A stretch of DNA of 64,000 nt, taken from positions 24,613-88,612 of the forward strand of contig CALSSJ010000020.1 of the NCBI GenBank assembly GCA_943788985.1, in the 5' to 3' direction. Positions 11,025 through 20,116 of this stretch are shown here, one piece after another; within the stretch, counting starts at the first letter, position 1, and each line of letters opens with the position of its first letter. A program made the position numbers and the translations under genes. Below the pieces are notes generated by a model that saw only the letters and a program-made list of their open reading frames with translations, did no database searches and was not told where the DNA came from. Source of the DNA: an uncultured Lentisphaerales bacterium (lineage in GTDB: Bacteria > Verrucomicrobiota > Lentisphaeria > JABSQK01 > UBA12247).

Positions 11025-11149
11025 GCGAGCCCTCTCAGGCCGGCCTTCCCACGTTCCTGTAGAACGCTATGCACCCCGCTTCATACGTAAGCTTGGCGAG
11101 CGCAGAAGTCTACAAGGAAGGCCAGAAGGAAAGGAGGGCTTGTAGGCGT

Positions 11150-12063
11150 AAAAATTGGACATGACTACGGTGGCCGCACGGCTGCACTAGTGGCCACCGG
11201 TCCCTAGTCAGCAAGCTCTGCAAGATTCTCGACGAAGAGGCAGGCGCGATGCATGCCGAGTTTGACGCAACTCAGTGGACCTTGGGCGACGTGAATTGGG
11301 CGTTTCGCTTGCTTGTCCGAGACCAGTATACGACCACCAACTTCGACGAGCTGGTCAAAAATCTGCAGAATATCCCGGATCTCTTCGGACTCGCCTATGC
11401 GGTGAGCTTTGGGGTCGAAGATGAGAAGCGCACGTTATCTGCCAAGTATCCGGTGGTCAGCCTGGGCTTGTAGTAGGGCATTCTGGCTCATGTTACACAG
11501 GGACTCTGCATTCACAACCTTGTGTATAAGCGGGTGGCTTATGACTACCTACGCTCACGGCAAATGACCAAAGGATCTGGCTACGATTTCGGCGGCAAAC
11601 TGATTGAGCCCTACTTGTCGCAGGATGAGCGACTCTTGCTCAGTAACGTCATGGAGCGCTGTCAGGCCTTCATGCGCGAGCACTATTCAGCTCGCGACGC
11701 GCACTTTCTGGAGCACGAAGGTCGGCTGCTATTTATGTCCTTTCTCAAGCCCATCATCAACGGTGGCGGCTCCATGTGGAAGCAGCCAGTGCTCGGCGAC
11801 GAGCGCCGCATGAATCTGGTGGTCACTTATGGCAAGAGCCAGAAAGAGGTCGTCGAACTCAAGATCTAGCACCGCGAAGCCGATCAACAAGCGAGGCCTC
11901 CAGCAGCTCTCCGAGTATTTGGACTCCCTGGGGCTCACCGCCAGCTACATCCTGATCTTCGACTTTCGCGCCAGCAAAGAATGGAACTCAGAAGACCTGA
12001 CCATCGCCAACAAGCAGATCACCGCAGTGTGCGTGAGAGAGTACGACAGCCGGGGACATTCCT
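11150..12063 (+). pseudogene. Degraded AAA-ATPase / PD-(D/E)XK nuclease-domain gene (C-terminal part)
   Basis: Fragments TSGHRSLVSKLCKILDE, EGRLLFMSFLKPIINGGG, RRMNLVVTY..EVVELKI and GLQQLSEYLDSLGL..YILIFDFR, broken by TAG stops (11471-11476, 11867-11869) and lacking an N-terminus. Confidence 0.7.
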
Positions 12064-12110
12064 AATAGTCTCTGCGACTTGGTCTAACTCCCATCGCGCC
12101 GTTAGCACGC

Positions 12111-12138
12111 TTGACGCTCAGATACGCAATGCTAGATT
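12111..12138 (+). promoter_or_regulatory. Putative sigma70 promoter for the rpsP operon
   Basis: TTGACG (12111-12116), 16-bp spacer, extended -10 TGnTAGATT (12130-12138), about 70 bp before the rpsP start. Confidence 0.5.
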
Positions 12139-12209
12139 ACACGTTTTCCCTTTGTCAGGCAGAGCCCACCGCAGGGCGACACTTTTCTAGAATTAAGCCA
12201 GGAGTCATA

Positions 12210-12611
12210 ATGTCAGTTCGATTGAGATTGCGCCGCACAGGCACGCGCAACAAAGCATGCTATCGTGTTGTAGCCGCAGACCAACGTTCCCCGCGTGATG
12301 GACGCTTTATCGAGGCCTTGGGTCTCTACGATCCACGTCATGAAGATGAGAACCTTGATCTAGCACGCGTCGACTACTGGCTCGCAAACGGCGCCCAGCC
12401 TAGCGAGACCGTGAGAGACATTATCCGCCGTTGCCGCGACCGCGCTGCAGGCATTGTCACAGAGCCAGCTCCCGAGCCCGTCGCTGAAGTTGAAGCAGCT
12501 CCAGTTGTTGAAGAAGAAACAGCTCCGGTCGAGACCGCTGAAGAAACCGCACCAGCAGAAGCTCCTGCTGCTGAAGAAGCTGGCGTTGCGGACAAAGAGA
12601 TCAGCGCCTGA
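12210..12611 (+). CDS. rpsP: 30S ribosomal protein S16 with acidic Ala/Glu/Pro C-terminal extension
   Basis: MSVRLRLRRTG..YRVVAADQRSPRDGRFIEALGLYDP..GAQPSETV; SD AGGAG upstream of the ATG at 12210. Confidence 0.96.
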   Translation: MSVRLRLRRTGTRNKACYRVVAADQRSPRDGRFIEALGLYDPRHEDENLDLARVDYWLANGAQPSETVRDIIRRCRDRAAGIVTEPAPEPVAEVEAAPVVEEETAPVETAEETAPAEAPAAEEAGVADKEISA

Positions 12612-12928
12612 TGATCGCTTTTTTCCGCAAGCTTTTCGGCAAGGGTGATGCGCCAGTCGTAACCACCAAGCGCACTGCGCCCGCAGGCGAATGTGATTTG
12701 CCCGCTTTTGTGCACTTTGTCGCAGGAAATCTCGTGGAAACCCGGAAGCAGGTGAAGGTGACTAGCGAGCGCGATGATCTCGGACTTCTGATCCACGTGG
12801 ACTGTGTCGAGGGCCAGGCTGGTCGTGTGATCGGCCGGCGCGGTCGTACCATCACCGCCATTCAGGGGTTGGTGCGCGCGGCGAATGCAGGAAAGCGCCA
12901 GAAGACAAAGGTTATTGTAAACGGGTAG
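12611..12928 (+). CDS. KH-domain RNA-binding protein (KhpA-like)
   Basis: [14 protein letters not shown]xxG KH motif; canonical position after rpsP. Confidence 0.8.
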   Translation: MIAFFRKLFGKGDAPVVTTKRTAPAGECDLPAFVHFVAGNLVETRKQVKVTSERDDLGLLIHVDCVEGQAGRVIGRRGRTITAIQGLVRAANAGKRQKTKVIVNG

Positions 12929-12938
12929 CGAGCCAGTT

Positions 12939-13640
12939 ATGCGGATCGATGTCATCACCATCTTTCCCGACGTCTGCGACGCATACTTCAGTGAATCAAT
13001 CATTAAGCGAGCTAGAGATCGGGAATTAATTGAGATTCAGCTAACTAATCTGCGAGACTTCACGCACGATAAGCATCGTTCCGTTGATGATCGGCCCTAT
13101 GGCGGCGGCGCCGGCATGGTCATGAAACCGGAACCACTTTTCGAAGCCGTTGAAGCACTGAGGACCGAGCAGAGCCACGTGATTATGATGTCACCCCAGG
13201 GCAATCGGTTCACTCAGCAGAAAGCGCAGCAGTTGCGGAATTCGCAACACTTGATTCTCATCTGTGGCCATTATGAAGGATTTGACGAACGAATTAGAGA
13301 AAGGTTGGTAGACGAGGAGATTTCAATCGGCGACTATGTGCTGACCAGCGGGATGCTTCCCGCAATGGTGATCACAGACGCGGTTGTCAGGCTGTTACCA
13401 GGTGTACTGGGTTGTGCGGACTCCGCAATCGAGGAATCCTTCAGTGAAGGCTTACTGGAATACCCCCACTACACTCGGCCGGAAGTATATCGAGGCATGG
13501 AAGTGCCCCCCGTGCTGCTTTCCGGAAACCATGGCCAGATTGCCAAATGGCGCCAGAATCAATCCGAGCTACGAACCAGGGAACGACGTCCCGATCTCTG
13601 GCAACAGATAAATGATACAAACGACGAGGACAAAGTATGA
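12939..13640 (+). CDS. trmD: tRNA (guanine-N1)-methyltransferase
   Basis: [44 protein letters not shown]. Confidence 0.97.
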   Translation: MRIDVITIFPDVCDAYFSESIIKRARDRELIEIQLTNLRDFTHDKHRSVDDRPYGGGAGMVMKPEPLFEAVEALRTEQSHVIMMSPQGNRFTQQKAQQLRNSQHLILICGHYEGFDERIRERLVDEEISIGDYVLTSGMLPAMVITDAVVRLLPGVLGCADSAIEESFSEGLLEYPHYTRPEVYRGMEVPPVLLSGNHGQIAKWRQNQSELRTRERRPDLWQQINDTNDEDKV

Positions 13641-13984
13641 GCATTCTACAGAAAATAGACCAAGAACAGGCTAGGAACGAGCACCCGGATTTCGGTATCG
13701 GTGATACCATTCGCGTGCACGTACGTATCGTCGAAGGCGACAAGGAACGTATCCAGGCCTTCTCCGGCACAGTAATCGGCCTGAACAACGGCGGCCATGC
13801 CGAGACAGTGACCGTGCGTCGCGTATCCTATGGCCAGGGTGTGGAGCGTGTCTTCCCGCTGCAATCCCCACGTATTGCCAAGATTGAAGTCGAGATGCGT
13901 GGCCATGTGCGTCGCGCTAAGCTGTACTACCTCCGCGATCGCGTGGGCAAAGCTGCTCGCATTAAGGAAAAGCTCCGTCGTTGA
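13637..13984 (+). CDS. rplS: 50S ribosomal protein L19
   Basis: [31 protein letters not shown]. Confidence 0.97.
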   Translation: MSILQKIDQEQARNEHPDFGIGDTIRVHVRIVEGDKERIQAFSGTVIGLNNGGHAETVTVRRVSYGQGVERVFPLQSPRIAKIEVEMRGHVRRAKLYYLRDRVGKAARIKEKLRR

Positions 13985-14625
13985 CCTTTCCTGATTCCTG
14001 CGGCTTCTACGGGTTCGAACCCGTAGCCAGAGCCGCAGGATACCACGCCATTGCCGGCGTCGATGAAGTGGGCCGCGGCCCACTCGCCGGCCCGGTCGTG
14101 GCCGTGGCCGCGATCGTGCATGAGGCCGAGCAATTCGCTGGCCTGAACGACTCCAAGAAGGTCACCGAGAAACGCCGCGACACGCTCTACGAGCTCCTTG
14201 CGAACTCCGCAGATGTGCAATACGGAGTGGGCAGCATTACGCCTGCTGAAATTGACAGGATCAACATCCTGCAGGCTACGCACAAAGCCATGCGCTTGGC
14301 AATCGCCGCGCTTCCCACCCCCGCAGACTTCGTTCTGGTGGATGGTCGCCCCGTCCCACGACTGGGCTGCGACTCACACAACTTGATCAAAGGCGACGGC
14401 CGCTGCGCCTCCATTGCCGCCGCCAGCATTCTGGCAAAAGTGATCCGCGACCGCCAGATGGTCGCCTACGACGAAGAGTTTCCGGGCTACAGCTTTGCCT
14501 CCCACAAAGGGTACGGCACGGCAGCTCACCTCGCTGCGCTACGCAGCCTCGGTGCTTGCCCGATACACCGCCGTTCTTTCGCCCCGGTTCGTGACGTCGT
14601 TGAGCCCACACTGTTTGACTCTTAA
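13981..14625 (+). CDS. rnhB: Ribonuclease HII
   Basis: [46 protein letters not shown]. Confidence 0.95.
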   Translation: MTFPDSCGFYGFEPVARAAGYHAIAGVDEVGRGPLAGPVVAVAAIVHEAEQFAGLNDSKKVTEKRRDTLYELLANSADVQYGVGSITPAEIDRINILQATHKAMRLAIAALPTPADFVLVDGRPVPRLGCDSHNLIKGDGRCASIAAASILAKVIRDRQMVAYDEEFPGYSFASHKGYGTAAHLAALRSLGACPIHRRSFAPVRDVVEPTLFDS

Positions 14626-14743
14626 CTCTTGACGCTTGACGCTTGGAATGACGCAGTGACTGTCTGACGCATTGACAGACAGACAGTGAGTCATCCGGTC
14701 AGAGAGTCAACGCAAGAGTCAAAAGTCAAGAGTCAAGAGTCAA
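14615..14743. repeat. Imperfect palindrome built from tandem heptamers (TTGACKC x4 ... GAGTCAA x5) between convergent genes
   Basis: Left arm TTGACTC TTAACTC TTGACGC TTGACGC (14615-14642). Right arm GAGTCAA (14704-14710), then GAGTCAA AAGTCAA GAGTCAA GAGTCAA (14716-14743). Confidence 0.85.
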
Positions 14744-14755
14744 CTAATCTTCCCC

Positions 14756-16729
14756 TCACTTCTGCGCCGCCAGCATTTTCCTAGCAGTCTCCAGATGCCC
14801 CGGCGCAGTCGGATGAGCGGGCACCAACCGCAAGGTCTCCTCAAGATGGTGGATCGCCTTCGCGAATTTCCGACTCGCCCCATAGACCACGCCAATGTTA
14901 TGGTGAGCGTCTGCATACTTCGGATCCCGGCGTAATGTCTCCTGCCAGGCTTTTACGGCCTCTTCAGCATTGCCACGCAGGTACCAATGCATACCATACT
15001 CGAAACTGCTCTTGGGCCGCCCCTGATCCATGGCAATCCGCAGGTACTTCTCGGCAGACTCCCAGTTCTCCTGCAGCTTGTACACCACACCGAGATTTAG
15101 CGCACAGTCCACGGGTGCGTCCACCATGCCATAGGCTTTCTCAAGATACTGCTGCGCCTTTTTCATATTTCCCAGACCGTGGTAGGCCACGCCAAGATTG
15201 TGCCAAACAGCTGCTGGCTCATGGCCGAGCTCGATGCACTTCTCCAGGGCCGGTCGCGCGTCGGCAGCTCGCCCCGCATTGAGGGCCCAAGTGCCCCAGC
15301 GTTCCAAGGCACTGGTGTACTCCGGATCGACCGTTGTCGCCTCGTAGTACAGAGGCCCGGCCTCAGCGATCTTCCCGCCCTGTTCCCAATACATCGCCAA
15401 GCAATTCAGCGCCAGCGCGTTGTCGCGCGCCTTGGCCAGGCTGTCCTGCCACAACGTCTCGCTGTTCTGCCAGATGCCAACCCGCTGGAATGCGAGCCCG
15501 CCGTGAAGAACGAAAATAGCAGCAACCACCCCAGTCCTTAATTTCTGCTGCGGAATCCGCAACAGACCGGCCATGACAGCCAGCAAGAGCCCGGGCCCAG
15601 CTAGATAGAGGTAGCGGTCCGCCATAATCGTGGACAGCGCGTGAAAGATGCTCGAAACTAAAATCAACGCAATCAGAAACCAGCCCACGCAAAATGCAGA
15701 CGAGCGGATGCCTCGTCGCCATTGCCAGGCCGCCCAGCCCACCAGCAACAGAAGCCCTGCCCCACCGCCAAGCGCAGCTGGAGAAGTGAGCGGAATGATC
15801 CGGTTCGGATACTTGTTATTCAGCCCGAGGGGCAGGATCTCATGCCCGAGGTAGAAGGCGAAGGCGCGGAGAATCCCACCCGCTGACGCACTAGTCTCGC
15901 GAGCACGCTCGATCACGATCGTCTCCGTGCCTTCAAGCAAGCCGGCTCGGATCCGAATGGAGACCAGGGTCCAGACTAACAGTGCCGGCAGGTAACCAAG
16001 CGCGCGTTTTCGCAGGACCGCGATCGGAGCTTCTGACGAACGGCAAAGATCGAACAGCATGACCAGCCCGGGGAGGATCACCGCGAAGGGGCTCGAGAGC
16101 ATCGCAAACCCCAAGGCTGCCGCGCCCGCGCAGTGCCAGCCCCAGTTGACTCGCTCTGCATTGGCTGTCGCTCGGGTGTAGCAATACAGCGCCGCAAACC
16201 CACCACTGGCCAGCAGTCCGTACTTCAGCGATGACACCCAAGCTACGGCCTCGACATTCACGGGATGAATGGCGAACCAGGCCGCGGTACAGGCAGCAAG
16301 CAGATCATACTCTCGCGTGCCGCGGTCCGGCCAAAGCTGCGGCACTGCTAAACGGAGGAAGAGAAACAGAAAGATGCTGGCCAGCGCGTGAAACAGGGCG
16401 TTGACCAAGTGATAGCCGCCCGCATCAAGCTGCCAAAGCTGATACTGGACGGCGTAAGCCAGCTGCCGAATTGGCTGATAGGATTTTCCGGGCGTGACTT
16501 TGAAGGATTTCGCCACGGCTTCCACCAGCGGCCCGGTGACCACCGGATTCTCGCTAACCAAGACCGGATCGTCGAAGTTTACAAACTGGTAGCTTCCCGT
16601 GCGCCCATAGAGAATCGCCACCGCCAGCACCAATAGACCGCACACCATTGGCGCAAAGTGTTTTGCGGACTCCGCATTTTTCGGCATCAGCCGCTGAGCG
16701 TTGCGATCTGCTCGCCGACTTTTAGCCAT
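14756..16729 (-). CDS. TMTC-like GT-C membrane glycosyltransferase with C-terminal TPRs (start may be 16687)
   Basis: FVNFDD, YQPIR, HLVNALFH, HPVNVEAVAWVSS, MADRYLY, followed by TPR repeats. Confidence 0.85.
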   Translation of the reverse strand: MAKSRRADRNAQRLMPKNAESAKHFAPMVCGLLVLAVAILYGRTGSYQFVNFDDPVLVSENPVVTGPLVEAVAKSFKVTPGKSYQPIRQLAYAVQYQLWQLDAGGYHLVNALFHALASIFLFLFLRLAVPQLWPDRGTREYDLLAACTAAWFAIHPVNVEAVAWVSSLKYGLLASGGFAALYCYTRATANAERVNWGWHCAGAAALGFAMLSSPFAVILPGLVMLFDLCRSSEAPIAVLRKRALGYLPALLVWTLVSIRIRAGLLEGTETIVIERARETSASAGGILRAFAFYLGHEILPLGLNNKYPNRIIPLTSPAALGGGAGLLLLVGWAAWQWRRGIRSSAFCVGWFLIALILVSSIFHALSTIMADRYLYLAGPGLLLAVMAGLLRIPQQKLRTGVVAAIFVLHGGLAFQRVGIWQNSETLWQDSLAKARDNALALNCLAMYWEQGGKIAEAGPLYYEATTVDPEYTSALERWGTWALNAGRAADARPALEKCIELGHEPAAVWHNLGVAYHGLGNMKKAQQYLEKAYGMVDAPVDCALNLGVVYKLQENWESAEKYLRIAMDQGRPKSSFEYGMHWYLRGNAEEAVKAWQETLRRDPKYADAHHNIGVVYGASRKFAKAIHHLEETLRLVPAHPTAPGHLETARKMLAAQK

Positions 16730-17577
16730 GTCTCATATCCCGCTGCCGAGTGCTGCACAAGATCGTCATCCCAGCGCAAGACGCCGGGCGCGAATACTAA
16801 TACTACCGTAGAACCGCCAAACTCGAAGTAGCCCTTCTCATCCATCTTCTGAAACGTCTCTTCATCATGCGTTTCGACAATTCCCGAGACGCCGAACGCC
16901 CCCACTTCGACAAACGCAAAGGGCCCAAGCGCCTCACTCTCCAGTTGGTTCACGACGCGAAGGTTCTGGCCAAAGGCGTTCACCCCGCAGGCCAGCGCAA
17001 GCGGATTGACCGAGTGGTAGCGGCCCGGCACCCGGGTGCTGGATACGCGCCTGCCGCCGCATGGGAAGTGATATCTGTGATAATCCGCCGGACAGAGTCG
17101 TGCCACGAGCACATCGCCGCCGGAGAATACCGCTGCGCCGCATGCCAGCAACTCATCTAAGGAATATGAGCAGCCTTTCGCCGGAACCACGGTGCGCTCC
17201 GTGATGCTGGGAAATAGGAGATAGCGACCGTCTGCCGGCGCCACTATCACGTCTTCTGCGGAGTCATACGGCCGGGCATCCGGCTGTAGCCGGCGGGTAA
17301 AAAATGCCTGAAACGTCGGGTAGCTGTCTGCCGGATCCAGAAACTCCGCAGCATCTATCTCGAGGTGTGTGATCGTGGGCGCGACGCGACGCCGCGAGAG
17401 CCGGGAGTTGCAGTATGCCCCCATCAGCTTGGAGGGCCAGGCGCTATGAAAAAAGAGCCGAGCCAGAAACGGAATGCGGTCTCCGGCATACGCCCAGCGG
17501 ATCATGCCGTCGCCGAGGACGACTTCAGTCTCCGGCTCGCTCTGGCCACGACGATAGAATTGTATATCTGCGGGCAT
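16687..17577 (-). CDS. psd: Phosphatidylserine decarboxylase proenzyme
   Basis: FFTRRL, PADGR, RLCPADYHRYHFP, YHSVNP, KGYFEFGGSTVV (GGST cleavage motif). Confidence 0.93.
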   Translation of the reverse strand: MPADIQFYRRGQSEPETEVVLGDGMIRWAYAGDRIPFLARLFFHSAWPSKLMGAYCNSRLSRRRVAPTITHLEIDAAEFLDPADSYPTFQAFFTRRLQPDARPYDSAEDVIVAPADGRYLLFPSITERTVVPAKGCSYSLDELLACGAAVFSGGDVLVARLCPADYHRYHFPCGGRRVSSTRVPGRYHSVNPLALACGVNAFGQNLRVVNQLESEALGPFAFVEVGAFGVSGIVETHDEETFQKMDEKGYFEFGGSTVVLVFAPGVLRWDDDLVQHSAAGYETWLKVGEQIATLSG

Positions 17578-17586
17578 CCAGGAGGG

Positions 17587-19227
17587 TCAGTTGCGCACCG
17601 CGCGACGCACCGAGGCGTCCTCGGCACGTTGCTCAAAGCGCAAAATGTATTTGAAGCGGTCGTACAGCCAGAATCCCGCCAGCACGATGGCACAGAGAAA
17701 GAGTGCTGTAAATCCGACGCTGAAGAGCTGGTCCGCGGTCGATCCGCGCGTGGTCATCGTCGCACGTCGCACCCAGCTCATCACGCCGGAAAACACGGAC
17801 TGGTCCACAATGGTGGTAAACATGGCGTGGGTCAGCCCACGAGCGATCAGCGCAGCGATTACCACGAACGGAAGCACCATGCCGCGGTGACGGGACCAAG
17901 TCCGCCCGCTGGTTCTGGCGCCCAAGCGCATGTGGTCAAGCATCCGGGCCCGGGCCCGCAGGCCGCGCGCGTCTTCCTGTGACCATACCGAAATCGATGT
18001 AGGCGGTACGCTGAAATTACCCTGCGTTACACCGCTGAGCGAAATCTCGCGCGGCAACAAGCTCCGATTATGGCGACGCATCTGGGCCGCGAGCAGCAGA
18101 TAGCCATGGTACATGAGATACTCTCGCTCGCAACGGGTCATCGGCCCGAGGGTGGCACGCAGTCCAGCGAGCGCCCGCACCAACTCACGAGGCAGGACAC
18201 CGTCGATGTCCTCCGGTTCTGCTTCAATCTGCGGGTGCACCACACAAAGCCCAGCGATCGGGCTCTCGCGATCAGGCTCCCGTAGCTTGTCAGACAGCCA
18301 GCCTAGAATCCGACGGCGATTCTCGGATTGCATCAGGGTCACGACCGACGAGAGCCCGTTGGGCGTCGCAGCGCACACCGAAGGCGCAGAGCCATCGCAA
18401 ACCAGTAGGTGGATCGGCGCGTGCACATGATTCTCTGGCTGTCGTAGCGTAGGCGTCAACTTGTTCTGTTCCGGCGGGGACAGTTCGAAATAGTCCAGTA
18501 GCGTCTCCATCCCCTGACTATCGGCAATGCCCCCGTCGGTCAGCACGGAATCATCCAGCTCCACGGCACCGAAAGCGTCTACATCTGCGGCCGACGCCGC
18601 CATCACGCCAGCCAACGAAAGAGCATTGCGATCTGCGCAATCGATCTGCTCCTTCAAGCTCTCGTTCGACTCGCGCCCGTAGACCATGCGCCGTCCATCC
18701 GTCAGGCAGGTGGTGTTGATCAGCAGCCGCGGGACGGTAAAAAACGGCCCGACCTCACGGTCACGATCGTTGTTCACATGCGGCAGGTCTGCCAGCGTCA
18801 AGGGCTCGTCAAACAGCTGGCGCTCAATTGTTTCCGCGAGCGCACTGCCGGGCTGCAACTTTCCCAGCCGCGCCTTAAACTTGTGCCATGGCTCGCCCAG
18901 ACGATTTCTGCGCCCAATAACCAGACCTCGCTCCGTGGAGGTAAGGAAATCCTCGATAATCTCGTCGCACAACGCGATGCGTGAGCGATCCGGTTCCGCC
19001 GCCAATCGGGCATGCATCTCCACCAAGTAATACCCTCCGGCCAGTGATCCGCCACCCGTGGCTGAAATCACCTCTATATGCTCCATGATGCGCAACTCTT
19101 CGAGCATGCGAATAGCACCGAGCTGAAAATAGGCCGCCCGCAGCCCTGAACCCGAAAGCGCCAAGCCGATTCGCACGGACTGGCCGCCTGGGGGCCGCAC
19201 CATTGATGGAATTGCTCGAGCTGGCAT
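17587..19227 (-). CDS. Patatin-like phospholipase family protein with C-terminal TM helices (degenerate catalytic motifs)
   Basis: IGLALSGSGLRAA, ISATGGGS, LLINTT, LTDGGIAD; start uncertain. Confidence 0.8.
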   Translation of the reverse strand: MPARAIPSMVRPPGGQSVRIGLALSGSGLRAAYFQLGAIRMLEELRIMEHIEVISATGGGSLAGGYYLVEMHARLAAEPDRSRIALCDEIIEDFLTSTERGLVIGRRNRLGEPWHKFKARLGKLQPGSALAETIERQLFDEPLTLADLPHVNNDRDREVGPFFTVPRLLINTTCLTDGRRMVYGRESNESLKEQIDCADRNALSLAGVMAASAADVDAFGAVELDDSVLTDGGIADSQGMETLLDYFELSPPEQNKLTPTLRQPENHVHAPIHLLVCDGSAPSVCAATPNGLSSVVTLMQSENRRRILGWLSDKLREPDRESPIAGLCVVHPQIEAEPEDIDGVLPRELVRALAGLRATLGPMTRCEREYLMYHGYLLLAAQMRRHNRSLLPREISLSGVTQGNFSVPPTSISVWSQEDARGLRARARMLDHMRLGARTSGRTWSRHRGMVLPFVVIAALIARGLTHAMFTTIVDQSVFSGVMSWVRRATMTTRGSTADQLFSVGFTALFLCAIVLAGFWLYDRFKYILRFEQRAEDASVRRAVRN

Positions 19228-19324
19228 AATTCTCCAATCAGATTCAAGAGGGCGCGCTTGATTTGCGCAAAAGCGTATTCTATATATCCGACTTGCGGAA
19301 AGTTGCAACTTTTGGACGTGATAG

Positions 19325-20116
19325 ATGTACTACTGGATTTCTCAAGGATTGGTGTTGGTGTTGGTCATCGTCTCCATCCTTCATGTTCACCTTGGGGCGG
19401 AACGCCGCTCTACCGAAGAGGCCACCGATTCAGCGCCGATGGGCGTAATTCGCGCCCTGATTATTGTCTGTGGCGTCGTCTTGATGGGGCTCAATGTCGC
19501 CACAGCCACCCGCATTGACGAGCGCCTAGATACGCAGCTGGCGGAATTCCAAGACCAGCTGGGCCGCCTGCAGTCACAAGTGGGCCGAATCGACGCCTCG
19601 GTCAGCAGCCTGGACGTCCTGCGAAGCAGTGAGGCCGCAGAGCTCGAACAGCTGGAAAGTGTGAGTAAGCAACAGCGGCAGCTCGTCGATAACCTGAATG
19701 GTGCCATTCGAGAAACCCGCACCGTCGCCACTGAGCTGAATCTGTTCACGCCCGTCCTGCGCAGCGTGGCCGCCGGCCGCGTCCAAGAAGATGCGCCTCC
19801 TTCGCGACTGAGCTCGACATCGACCGGCCATATTCGCATCTCCACGTCCTCATCAGGGCTGATGACGGTCGAAGAGAAAAAGATCAATGACGACCTAGCG
19901 GCGTGCAAGAACCAGCGGGATAAGCTGCTCCTAGACAAGGAAGAGGCAAGCGCCTCGTTCAAAGCGGCCATGCGCGGCAACATGCCCGCAGACAGCGTCA
20001 TGCGCATCAATCGCGACTTCCGGGACTTTGTCGAAGATGCCGAGGAGCGCATTCAGCGGCTGGACCGCAAAATCAATAGCCTGCGTCTGCAACTCGGCCG
20101 CCTTCAGGAGCGTTAG
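19325..20116 (+). CDS. Hypothetical membrane-anchored coiled-coil protein
   Basis: Two hydrophobic segments followed by heptad-rich sequence; stop overlaps the comM start. Confidence 0.6.
   Translation: MYYWISQGLVLVLVIVSILHVHLGAERRSTEEATDSAPMGVIRALIIVCGVVLMGLNVATATRIDERLDTQLAEFQDQLGRLQSQVGRIDASVSSLDVLRSSEAAELEQLESVSKQQRQLVDNLNGAIRETRTVATELNLFTPVLRSVAAGRVQEDAPPSRLSSTSTGHIRISTSSSGLMTVEEKKINDDLAACKNQRDKLLLDKEEASASFKAAMRGNMPADSVMRINRDFRDFVEDAEERIQRLDRKINSLRLQLGRLQER

Noticed and set aside
19387..20052. 221-aa minus-strand ORF
   Set aside because: Ser/Arg-rich antisense of the coiled-coil gene 19325..20116.
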